Assembly (NCBI GenBank): GCA_964345195.1
Contig: CAYFQV010000013.1
Coordinates: 1 to 36,040, forward strand
Source of the DNA: an uncultured Spirochaetaceae bacterium
GTDB lineage: Bacteria; Spirochaetota; Spirochaetia; DSM-27196; PWMO01
Direction: 5' to 3'
Length of the DNA stretch: 36,040 nt
Of this stretch, positions 7,814 through 16,907 are shown piece after piece. Made by a program: the position numbers and the translations under genes. Numbering within the stretch: position 1 is the stretch's first letter; each line of letters opens with the position of its first letter. The notes under the pieces are model-generated. The model ran no database searches. It was not told the origin of the DNA and worked only from the letters and a program-made list of their open reading frames with translations.

Positions 7814-8929
7814 TCATGGCAAATGAAACGGTTGCTGGATTCTCACAGTTCTTTCCACCGGAGGATACCAGCCTTGCGGAGCATATTCGTCCGTGTGCAA
7901 ATAGCACTGCACGCGAACCTCATCGTGTCCGTCGACGAACGTCATGACTCGGGACATGGGTGTAATTCCCGCATGGTATCGGGTTAGGGCTGAGCAGTTT
8001 AGAAAGTAAGCGCCCCACTTTTCTTCTAAGTGAGTCCGGCCCCCTTTCGTGTCGTTCGGGTGCGTGTGGGTGTGCCCGCCTAACCAGAAGGAAATCGCAC
8101 CGTTTTGTTGCGCAAGGTAGTTCTCAAAGGACTGAGCATCCGGCCTCCCGCCGACGAAGTATAGATATGAAGCGCCCTCAGGCCCCCCATCCTCGAAGTA
8201 TCCATGGTAGTGACCGACCCAGTTTCCGTTCTCATCTCTGACATAGCCTTCCCACGGACCGGATGCGACCGTTGTCTCCTTTAATACGTGGTGGTGTGCC
8301 GTGATAATGATCTTATCTGAATTAGATTCGACTTGGGACTTCCACCACTCAAAAGTCTCTTCCGTAACCGCTCCAGCCGGATACCCTCCCGTCTCACTAC
8401 GCCCAACCGGAGGACCACCGTCGTTCCGATCTCCCATAAGCAAGAAAAGTATATTGCCGGCTTGGAAAGAGTATCGCTCCCACGTGCCCTCAATCGGAAA
8501 AGGCCGGTGCTCGTGATGTACTCCGGAGAACTCGGGGTTGCTTCCGGTGGGATCAATCCATTTTTTAAACCACCACTGAGTCGACTCCGTGGGACCGGAG
8601 GCATCATGATTCCCAAGAAGGTTATAGACATCCTCACGCCGGTGCTTTCTCAACGTCCCGAACTGCCGTATAACTTCTTCCCCTTCTTTATCCGTCGGAG
8701 GAAGTTGTCCACCACAGGTATCTCCCACATGGACCGCGATGTCCCAATCGATGGGTGGACCTCCTAACGCTTCATCTCCGAACTCCGATTGCCGAATGGC
8801 CGTACTCAAGGATTCGTAACCAGAGCGAATGTCCGTATGGACGTGGCAATCCCCACAGGCCCAGACACGAAATACTCTTTCACGCGCAATTTCGCCCTTG
8901 TCCACGGCTTTCCAGAGTGATCCAGACAT
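7814..8929 (-). CDS. calcineurin-like metallophosphoesterase
   Basis: Motifs GDCHVH (DxH), HVGDTCGG (GDxx), LLGNHD (GNHD/E), and later HHH and GHTHTH. SD GGGAGAG upstream. Confidence 0.75.
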   Translation of the reverse strand: MSGSLWKAVDKGEIARERVFRVWACGDCHVHTDIRSGYESLSTAIRQSEFGDEALGGPPIDWDIAVHVGDTCGGQLPPTDKEGEEVIRQFGTLRKHRREDVYNLLGNHDASGPTESTQWWFKKWIDPTGSNPEFSGVHHEHRPFPIEGTWERYSFQAGNILFLLMGDRNDGGPPVGRSETGGYPAGAVTEETFEWWKSQVESNSDKIIITAHHHVLKETTVASGPWEGYVRDENGNWVGHYHGYFEDGGPEGASYLYFVGGRPDAQSFENYLAQQNGAISFWLGGHTHTHPNDTKGGRTHLEEKWGAYFLNCSALTRYHAGITPMSRVMTFVDGHDEVRVQCYLHTDEYAPQGWYPPVERTVRIQQPFHLP

Positions 8930-9195
8930 TAGGCTCTCCCACTGCAGCTCTATGTGCGCAACTCACAACATTGTCGTAAGCATAAGGGCTACCCCTGCTT
9001 ACTTTCCATCCCCAGCGTTCAACAGGGGCAGCCACGAACCGTTCTACTTGACCTGCTGTCGAAGCCACCCCTGCTCACCGACAATACGGACGGAGGTTGA
9101 AAGCCAACTGCTTTCGGCGAGACAGTGTTCCAAAGTGAGTGAAGCCGCAGTCGACATGTAATCTCATAAAGGCTATAGTCGCCATGGAGGATCAC

Positions 9196-10665
9196 ATGAA
9201 AAACCTCGTCTGGATCTGCACCGATCAGCAACGGGGTGATAGCCTCGGATGCACTGGAAATCAATTCGCCGAAACACCGACTCTCGACAAACTCGCCGGC
9301 GAAGGGACGCTCATCACCCGACTCATGAGCCCACATCCGGTCTGTATGCCCTCCCGCGCGTCTATGCTCACCGGTCAACACGTGCCGCGCCATGGTGTAA
9401 TCTCCAACGGTATAGCGCTCGCCGAGCGCGGGCCCGATGACGTGTTGGGAAAGAGCCATGTCACTACAATCGCGCACCACCTCCGCGATCATGGATACGA
9501 CACATCCTGCATTGGAAAGCTACACCTCGAACCCCACCTCGCTCCATTACACTACCGCCGTCGCGAGTCGTATGCGATGTGGGAGGCTGGCGAAAACGAA
9601 TCATGGAACGGGCCGCTTTACGGTTTCAATCGGCTTGAACTGACAGAGCGACACGGAGCTCAGGCAGGCGGACGATACCTCCGATGGCTCCAGCGGATGG
9701 ACCCTGATGCAGCCCGTCGACTTACCGATCCAGAAAAGACGGAATGGCCGATCCCACCAACAACTATCGATGATCTGCGGCCCGCACCAATCGATCCGGA
9801 GTTGTCGGCGACAATGTGGACAGCAAATAGCTTCGACGCGTTTCTATCATCACGCGGAACAGACAACGACCCCTTCTTCGCGTGGATTGGAATCCCCGAT
9901 CCGCACCACCCATGGCACCCACCAAAAGAACTTGCAGATCGGTTTGCAAGCCGCGGTTTTTCCTCTCCGATCCGAAAAAAGCGAAAGGACCCTCCGTCGT
10001 GGTGGGAGCAGGACAATAAACCGAATGCGATGATCGCGGGACGGCCTGATGAGGACTTGTGCGCTGCCATGGTCAGGCAATATACGGATGCACAGATCGC
10101 ACTTGTGGATCGGGCAGTCGAACAGATTCTTGACTCGCTTCGGGCCAAGGGCCTTCTGGAAAATACGGTTGTATGCTTCGTCTCCGATCATGGAGACTTT
10201 CTCGGTGACTATGGTCGCATTCGGAAGATGGGATACGCATGCGGGAGTTTGAGCCACGTGCCTGCGATCATCCGCGATCCCGACCACTCGTTGCCGGATC
10301 GGATCGACGCGGTGTGCGGTGGTGTGGATCTCGCCCCGACTCTGTGTCGGGCAATTGGCGTACCATGGTCGGTTCCCGACGGCACTGAGCTTCAGTCCGG
10401 TTCTCCCGGACGAGCTTTCTCCTTCTGTCTCCAGGATCTGGACCAGTTGGGCGGGAACCAACTCACCGTGTGGACCGACACTGAGCGGTACTCATATCAA
10501 CCAATGAGTGGAGAAAGAGAGTACTACGATCATTCGACTGATCCACAGGAACTCTCGAACGAGTCGTCTGCACAACATAGTCGGTGCGCAGAACTGCACG
10601 ATGAACTTGTAGAAGAGTATCTATCGTGCAGCAAGCCGAACGTTGCACGGCTCAGCCAGTGGTAG
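9196..10665 (+). CDS. Cys-type sulfatase (formylglycine-dependent), no signal peptide
   Basis: N-terminal MKNLVWICTDQQRGDS and sulfatase signature CMPSRASMLTG (CxPxR). Start placed at ATG 9196 because GGAGG (9186-9190) lies 5 nt upstream. Confidence 0.9.
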   Translation: MKNLVWICTDQQRGDSLGCTGNQFAETPTLDKLAGEGTLITRLMSPHPVCMPSRASMLTGQHVPRHGVISNGIALAERGPDDVLGKSHVTTIAHHLRDHGYDTSCIGKLHLEPHLAPLHYRRRESYAMWEAGENESWNGPLYGFNRLELTERHGAQAGGRYLRWLQRMDPDAARRLTDPEKTEWPIPPTTIDDLRPAPIDPELSATMWTANSFDAFLSSRGTDNDPFFAWIGIPDPHHPWHPPKELADRFASRGFSSPIRKKRKDPPSWWEQDNKPNAMIAGRPDEDLCAAMVRQYTDAQIALVDRAVEQILDSLRAKGLLENTVVCFVSDHGDFLGDYGRIRKMGYACGSLSHVPAIIRDPDHSLPDRIDAVCGGVDLAPTLCRAIGVPWSVPDGTELQSGSPGRAFSFCLQDLDQLGGNQLTVWTDTERYSYQPMSGEREYYDHSTDPQELSNESSAQHSRCAELHDELVEEYLSCSKPNVARLSQW

Positions 10666-10783
10666 CGGAGAGTGAACGGCCTGACGGCTTGAATAGAATC
10701 AGCATGCTCTTGTAGCGGACAGTTCAGGAAAGACGATGGGCCTGTTTGACGCAGAAGAGCTAAGAAAAGGAGGCAGGACAGTA

Positions 10784-12250
10784 ATGCCCACACAACACCC
10801 GAACATCATTATCATGTATGCTGACGACCTTGGGTTCGGCGACGTCGGTTGCTATGGGGGAACGGCAATTCCCACGCCAAATATCGACCGCCTTGCTGCG
10901 GAAGGACTGCGGTTCACCAACGGCTACGCGACGGCCGCAACCTGTACGCCCTCACGCTACAGTCTGCTGACCGGTGAGTATCCGTGGCGTAATGCAAAAG
11001 CGGCAATCCTACCGGGCGATGCGCCCCTCATTATTGATACAGAACGCGCAACGTTACCGTCGCTGATGCGGGAGGCTGGGTACACGACTGGTGTTGTGGG
11101 GAAGTGGCACCTGGGAATTGGAACTGGTGCTACCGACTGGAATCAGCCGATACCAAACACACCCAACGATATCGGCTTCGATTACTCCTTCATTATGGGC
11201 GCGACCAACGATCGTGTTCCGTGTGTTTACGTGGAAAACCGCAGCGTCGTCGGGCTCGATCCGGATGATCCCATTGAGGTAACCTACGAGCACGATCAAG
11301 CCTTCGAAGGAGAGCCGACCGGACGTGATAACCCAGAGCTTTTGAAGATGCGCTATAGCCACGGGCACGACTGTAGCATCGTCAACGGTGTGAGCCGGAT
11401 CGGCTACATGCGCGGAGGTCGCTCAGCGCTCTGGATCGACGAAGACATGGCCGACACCTTCTCGCAAAAAGCGATCGAGTTCGTCGAAAAAAACGCCCAT
11501 CGCCCTTTCTTGCTATACTATCCTTTCCACGAACCACACGTACCCCGGCTGCCGCACCCACGGTTCGCCGGAACAACCAGTCTCGGACCGCGCGGTGACG
11601 TGATCGTGGAAATGGACTGGTGCGTAGGCGAGATGCTTAAAACGCTCGACCGCCTTGGTCTGGCCGATAACACGATCGTGGTCTTCACCAGCGACAATGG
11701 CCCAGTGCTCGACGACGGCTACGAGGACGAGGCCGTTGAGCTCCTTGGCGATCACGCGCCCGCGGGACCGCTTCGCGGGGGCAAGTACAGCAGATTCGAC
11801 GGCGGAACCCGGTTACCATTCATCGTCCGTTACCCTGGACACGCACGCATCGGCGAATCAAGCGCGCTTGTAAGCCAGCTAGACTTCGCCGCGTCTTTCG
11901 CCTCGATGGCTGGGATGACCGTACCTGACGGCGTTGCGGTGGACAGTATCAACGTTCTGAGAGCACTTTTTGGTGAGACTGATACAGGGCGAGCTGAACT
12001 TGTTACTGAGGGTATGCAACGAAAAACGCTTCTTCGAAGCGGTGAGTGGGCCTTCCTGCCGGCAATGGACGGGCCACGCTACAGCGAGGGGACCGGAAAC
12101 GAGACTGGCTTCAGTCATTGGGACCAGTTATACCGGCTGACCACGGACATCAGCCAGCACCGAAACGTTGCCACCGAGTTTCCCAATGTCACGGCTCGCT
12201 TACGTGCGAGACTCTCAGAGCTCCTCGGCTCGACGAAGACAAAGATGTAA
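10784..12250 (+). CDS. arylsulfatase-like Cys-type sulfatase, no signal peptide
   Basis: NIIIMYADDLGFGDVGCYGG and CTPSRYSLLTGEYP (CxPxR). Strong SD AAAGGAGG upstream of ATG 10784. Confidence 0.9.
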   Translation: MPTQHPNIIIMYADDLGFGDVGCYGGTAIPTPNIDRLAAEGLRFTNGYATAATCTPSRYSLLTGEYPWRNAKAAILPGDAPLIIDTERATLPSLMREAGYTTGVVGKWHLGIGTGATDWNQPIPNTPNDIGFDYSFIMGATNDRVPCVYVENRSVVGLDPDDPIEVTYEHDQAFEGEPTGRDNPELLKMRYSHGHDCSIVNGVSRIGYMRGGRSALWIDEDMADTFSQKAIEFVEKNAHRPFLLYYPFHEPHVPRLPHPRFAGTTSLGPRGDVIVEMDWCVGEMLKTLDRLGLADNTIVVFTSDNGPVLDDGYEDEAVELLGDHAPAGPLRGGKYSRFDGGTRLPFIVRYPGHARIGESSALVSQLDFAASFASMAGMTVPDGVAVDSINVLRALFGETDTGRAELVTEGMQRKTLLRSGEWAFLPAMDGPRYSEGTGNETGFSHWDQLYRLTTDISQHRNVATEFPNVTARLRARLSELLGSTKTKM

Positions 12251-12254
12251 AACC

Positions 12255-12278
12255 GGAACGAACACCATGGTGCGTTCC
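12255..12278 (+). terminator. hairpin immediately after the sulfatase stop codon (weak terminator candidate)
   Basis: GGAACG-aa-CACCATGGTG-CGTTCC starts 5 nt after TAA 12248-12250. There is no clear U-tract after it. Confidence 0.3.
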
Positions 12279-12612
12279 GTGCTTAAATCAGCATGGTGGC
12301 CATTGCCGCTGTCCTCGGCGACAATTGGTTCTCATCATAAATACGACTAATGAGCGAACTGGTGCACCACGTCAGGCTTTCTGAGCCACAGACTGAGCGC
12401 AGACAGGTTCGGCAGCCCTCGTATTACTCCCTCAGATCGAGTGTTAGCACACGTGACTAATCCCTTCTCCTTCTCATATAGCTCAAAAATTCAGATCGAT
12501 AAGCGAAATAGTGCGCGTAGACGCGCTTTGCGACAGTTTGAGTACTTGATCTATGAAATCCATAGCGAGCAACTTGAACCACATAAAGGAGCACCTCGGG
12601 CAGACCGCCACG

Positions 12613-14073
12613 TCAATCTGAAGCATGTTTATGAGGCGTCTCTTTCGGGCGTGCGTGAGGGAGCATAGCTTGGTATTGCCGTCCTGCAACGAGAGCGTCC
12701 CCCTCGACAAATCCTTCGGATCTTTGCGCAAGTGTACGTACCATCTCCCGTCTCCAGTGCTCCATTCGTGACGCTCGATCCGGATCTGACGACAAGTCAC
12801 GAAGCTCGTGTGGATCAGCCTTCAGATCGAAAAGCTGCTCTCTTCCGTCCTCAACAAACCATATGTACTTTTCTTCGCCGTCTGTGAGTGTTTGATGTAT
12901 CGGGGCGTGCTCGATGTGCAGGTGCTTGCGCCACCGTACATCCTCGACTCTCATAAGCGGGAGTAAGCTACGACCTTCTACGCTATCGGGTATGGGAACC
13001 CCTGCAAGCTCAAGCAGAGTCGGCATCAGATCTTCAAGACAGACCGGCTGGTCGCAAACGGTACCGGCACGAACCCCAAAGCGCTTGGGTACCGAGAACA
13101 ACATGGGAACGTGCGCTGAGCCTTCGTACGGCATCATCTTGTGCCACATGTAGTGGTCACCCAGCATCTCACCATGATCACTGGTGAAGACAACAATCGT
13201 ATTCGAAAAATCGATCCCACTGACGAGCGGCGAAAGCAGACGGCGGATCTGATCATCGACGTGATTAATCAACCCGTAGTACGCGGCGCGGGCCGAGAGT
13301 AAGCGTTCATTCTCTAAAACCGCCCGGCGGTCCGAGACAGCAAGCCCCAATCCGTCGTTCGGCGGGCGATCAGCCCACTCGCCTACAAAGGGGTTGGGAA
13401 CACCTGTCCGAAGGTATCGGTCGAAATAATATTGAGGAGGCTGAAGAGGCGGATGTGCCGCTAAAAACGATACGGTAAGAAAAAAAGGAGAGGAAGGGTC
13501 GCGTTCTTTCAAAAACTCAAGAGCACGATTCACGGTCCAGTTCGTGTCATGCCTATGCTCCTCCAATGGCCAGGGATGCGCAGTCCAATCATTGTGTGTT
13601 ACCCCTGCGCCAAAACGCCCTCCACTCTCCGGATTGTCACTAAGAAGCATCTCTGCGTGCTGATGGTGAGTGACCATATGGTCGTATCCGTAGCGTTTGC
13701 GACGGGGCATCTGATGCATGTCTCGACCAACGAGGTATGTATGATATCCCGCAGCGCGGAGAGCGCCCGGAAGAGTTGTGGGAGCGTTCCATTCGATGCC
13801 GTCTCGATAACCTACCATTCCGTGGGTGGCCGGGAACTGTCCCGACAGTAGGCTTCGGCGCGCGGGGATGCAGGTCGGGCAGGTGGAGTATGCATGAGAG
13901 AAGCGAACGCCTCCCGCCGCTAAAGCATCCATATTCGGTGTCTGCAGTACTGGGTGTCTTTCTATGCCAAGGCAGTCGCCGCGATGCTGTTCAGTCATGA
14001 GGAACAAGATGTTCGGTTTATTTTTCGTGGTCGGCTCAGACACCGCCGACTGATCAGATTGTGTTTTTGTCAT
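12613..14073 (-). CDS. Cys-type sulfatase, no signal peptide
   Basis: NILFLMTEQHRGD and CPTCIPARRSLLSG (C-I-P-A-R matches CxPxR). Sulfatase-like DHGE and K..Y.G motifs follow downstream. Confidence 0.9.
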   Translation of the reverse strand: MTKTQSDQSAVSEPTTKNKPNILFLMTEQHRGDCLGIERHPVLQTPNMDALAAGGVRFSHAYSTCPTCIPARRSLLSGQFPATHGMVGYRDGIEWNAPTTLPGALRAAGYHTYLVGRDMHQMPRRKRYGYDHMVTHHQHAEMLLSDNPESGGRFGAGVTHNDWTAHPWPLEEHRHDTNWTVNRALEFLKERDPSSPFFLTVSFLAAHPPLQPPQYYFDRYLRTGVPNPFVGEWADRPPNDGLGLAVSDRRAVLENERLLSARAAYYGLINHVDDQIRRLLSPLVSGIDFSNTIVVFTSDHGEMLGDHYMWHKMMPYEGSAHVPMLFSVPKRFGVRAGTVCDQPVCLEDLMPTLLELAGVPIPDSVEGRSLLPLMRVEDVRWRKHLHIEHAPIHQTLTDGEEKYIWFVEDGREQLFDLKADPHELRDLSSDPDRASRMEHWRREMVRTLAQRSEGFVEGDALVAGRQYQAMLPHARPKETPHKHASD

Positions 14074-14126
14074 ACGCTTCCGTCGCTCCTGGTAGGATTA
14101 AAGTGTCAACGAAGAGTCCCACACGC

Positions 14127-14963
14127 TCAGAGACCATTAGCAGCAGAACGAAATTCCGTCGGTGTGCAGCCCGCATGTTTCTTGAATGCTTTTGAAAAAT
14201 AGTTAGGGTTGTGATACCCTACAGCGTGACTAACTTCGGAGACGTGGAGATCGCTCTTACGGAGTAGTTCCCTAGCTTTCTCCATCCGTACCGAGGTGAG
14301 ATACTCAAAGATAGAGAAATCATTTTCATTACTGAAGACATGTGAGAGATAGTAGCCGCTCACGTTGAGCGCCGTCGCAACATCTGCCAACGAAATTCGT
14401 TCGGCGTAGTTGTCTCTGAGAAACGACATAGCCGCGTGCATAAGCCGTTTGCGACGCAGAGCTCGGGCCGGCGTCTCTTTGTTCGTTCCACTCGACGTCG
14501 CCGCTCGTAGCATCAACATCAAGGCCTCAAGCAGTCGACAGCGAACGAGAAGTTCATTCACCGCCCCTCCCGAACGTAGCTCGCCCCTGATTCTATCGAA
14601 CGTTCCCACAAGCTCCGCTTTTCTATAGCTACCCATGGATAGAAGCGTTTCATTGTTAACGTACTGAAAGAATTCTTTCTCTCGTGACCATTTGATAGAC
14701 ACGAAAAAGATTTGGAGTCCTTCTTCGGGGTCGAAAACATCCATATGAAGTGTTCTAGTCGGCATTACCAGCGTGTCACCCGGTTCACCATGATATATGC
14801 GATCGGATACTTGGAGATCCAGCTTGCCGCTAACGACGTGGAGTATCTCAAAAAACGCCGACTCGTGGACGAACTCACCCCATACGGGATCGAAAGCCTG
14901 GAGACCAATCTGATTCAGTTGGGGCATAGATTGGCCGATCTGTTCTATTAGCTGGTCACACAT
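14127..14963 (-). CDS. AraC family transcriptional regulator
   Basis: C-terminal AraC HTH (ADVATALNVSGYYLSHVF...SHAVGYHNPNYFSKAFKKHAGCTPTEFR) and an N-terminal cupin-like region. ATG 14963 preferred over TTG 14984. Confidence 0.85.
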   Translation of the reverse strand: MCDQLIEQIGQSMPQLNQIGLQAFDPVWGEFVHESAFFEILHVVSGKLDLQVSDRIYHGEPGDTLVMPTRTLHMDVFDPEEGLQIFFVSIKWSREKEFFQYVNNETLLSMGSYRKAELVGTFDRIRGELRSGGAVNELLVRCRLLEALMLMLRAATSSGTNKETPARALRRKRLMHAAMSFLRDNYAERISLADVATALNVSGYYLSHVFSNENDFSIFEYLTSVRMEKARELLRKSDLHVSEVSHAVGYHNPNYFSKAFKKHAGCTPTEFRSAANGL

Positions 14964-15065
14964 TTTTTCCACGAATAACTGCAATCTTCCGCCACACGGG
15001 TAATGTACTCGTGGAGAGTTAATAGAACAAACCTGTCGAGCGTCTCCTTAGTCGGAACAGTCTGC

Positions 15066-16907
15066 TTATCTCGACATCCTGCACCGGACAATAGACAGAG
15101 GCGGCACGGTAAGTCGTTCTTCATCTATGGATGCGTGAGCTGAACGGAGCGGAGATATTGGTTGCTCGCCGGCAAGCCCGGTGAGCTCGCACCCGTCGGT
15201 ATCAACACCTTCCAATTCGATCCTCGCCTCTTGCGACGGATGCCGGTTTACGAAGAAGAGCCACGTGGCGCTTTCACTCTTCAAGGCCAAGCCCTCAACC
15301 GTCTTTCCCGCTCCGAGCGTTGAAGTCTCTATTTCCAGAGCTACGAAACGTCCCGGAAGCGCAGGCCGGTAGAGCTTGAACACTTCCGCAACGCCGGTAA
15401 CCTTCACGTTGGCTCCCCGACGGTTTACGATACCCATACAGTTCACAAGGTTGTAAAAATGAGCTACTTCGAACGTCGGCGCTAACGCCGCGAACCGGTG
15501 GATCATCCCGGCGGCAAAGAGGGCGTGCAAGGTGAGTGGCGGCTCTTCGAAGTCGTGCCCGTCCCAGTGCGATGCCTGCAACCACCAGTTCCACTCGGCA
15601 ATGCCCACTTTCATGTTCACTCCGCGTTCTTGGCACCGGGCAATGAACGAGCGGGTAGAAGTTTCGAAGGTACGCAGTTGGTTAACCACCTGTTCCACTT
15701 GTTCGTAGGGATCCGCAATGCCCCCGTCGTACTCTCCGGCCGGCTCGGGGCGCACGCCTAGTCCCCCGTAGTTCTGAAACTGAATGAGATCCACCATGTC
15801 GGAGGCCTCCTGCAGGATAGCGTCACGCCACGGGGCCTCGCCGTCCGGCACGTCGAGATCCGCGCTCGACATGACAGCCACGATCCTACAGCTTGGATAA
15901 TTATGCTTGACTGCCGGTATGTAGCGTTTCAGGACATCTATGTACATCTGAGGCGTCATCTGCGCAAGCGTGGGGCTATACGGATGGTTTCCAATGTGCC
16001 AGTGAATAAGCGGAGGATCGATGCCCTGAGCGCGGAACCATTCAGCGCAGTACACCGCCCACGCGGCGGCTTCTTCCGGTGGCGACGTGGCGATATTGAG
16101 GGTAAGCGCCGGGGTGACCGCTTGTTCCAGACAAAGCTGGAGGTACTCGTCGGTCCCGAAATCGTAGTGCATGTACCAATCATGATGGAACGACGCATCG
16201 AGCATGTCGGGTCGCAGATGTACCGGGCCGGTGCCGTGTCGCCAGTTATAGGTCGTGGTGGCGATCCCTCCGGGGAAACGGAGAATCGGTATCTGCATTG
16301 TGGCAATCTCTCGAGAGATGTCGGCCGCTATGTTCGGCTGGCCGTACGGGCGGAGATGAATCTGATCGAACCAGAGCTCGCCACCACCCATGACATCGAT
16401 CTTCAGCCGGGCCTCGTCGTCATCTCGCGGAGCGTGAAGAGGAACGACATACCGCTTGAAGTACGGCGTGGCGATTTCGACTGATCCGGTGTCGTAAGGT
16501 TCGAGCTTTACGGCCAATGGCTTGAGCTCTACGGACAACGTTACGGGACCACGCCAGGCGCGTGCCCAAATCTCAAGCTCCAGATCCTCGCCTTCACGGA
16601 TCTGTATGCGATTCTGATGAAGCGCTGGACCGCGCGCCATGTTCGACGTCCGCACGAGCTGAGCTTCGGAGCCGCAAAGCCCAGCTTGAGGCGTCAACTC
16701 ATAGGCAATAGCCGCATGGCTCGCGCCGTACCACTCAGGAGCGATCCCAGTCATCCGGTGGGGAGGACCTACGAACTTAGGGTTGCGAAGCCGGTTGGAC
16801 AGCAGCCCATCCACTGTCGTGGCGCAGGTCTCGATATTCTGGCCCAAAATCATCGGAGATACTAAAGCTCCCGGCTTTTCCCCTACGGCTACTACTGCCT
16901 TCACCAT
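15066..16907 (-). CDS. GH51-like (clan GH-A) glycoside hydrolase with an N-terminal CBM-like domain; the acid/base position reads GNH
   Basis: LRFPGGIATTTYNWRHGTGP, HWHIGNHPYSP (GH51 has W.IGNE.DGP) and VGIAEWNWW (nucleophile motif EWN.W). Strong SD GGAGGGAGGAG. No signal peptide. Confidence 0.6.
   Translation of the reverse strand: MVKAVVAVGEKPGALVSPMILGQNIETCATTVDGLLSNRLRNPKFVGPPHRMTGIAPEWYGASHAAIAYELTPQAGLCGSEAQLVRTSNMARGPALHQNRIQIREGEDLELEIWARAWRGPVTLSVELKPLAVKLEPYDTGSVEIATPYFKRYVVPLHAPRDDDEARLKIDVMGGGELWFDQIHLRPYGQPNIAADISREIATMQIPILRFPGGIATTTYNWRHGTGPVHLRPDMLDASFHHDWYMHYDFGTDEYLQLCLEQAVTPALTLNIATSPPEEAAAWAVYCAEWFRAQGIDPPLIHWHIGNHPYSPTLAQMTPQMYIDVLKRYIPAVKHNYPSCRIVAVMSSADLDVPDGEAPWRDAILQEASDMVDLIQFQNYGGLGVRPEPAGEYDGGIADPYEQVEQVVNQLRTFETSTRSFIARCQERGVNMKVGIAEWNWWLQASHWDGHDFEEPPLTLHALFAAGMIHRFAALAPTFEVAHFYNLVNCMGIVNRRGANVKVTGVAEVFKLYRPALPGRFVALEIETSTLGAGKTVEGLALKSESATWLFFVNRHPSQEARIELEGVDTDGCELTGLAGEQPISPLRSAHASIDEERLTVPPLSIVRCRMSR

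Noticed and set aside
9660-10461. 162-aa and 203-aa minus-strand ORFs inside the first sulfatase
   Set aside because: Shadow ORFs opposite a gene with an unambiguous sulfatase signature.
12441-12800. 75-aa (+) and 105-aa (-) ORFs at the convergent sulfatase junction
   Set aside because: They overlap the 3' end of the third sulfatase or lie in spacer DNA. They have no SD in a suitable position and no family resemblance.
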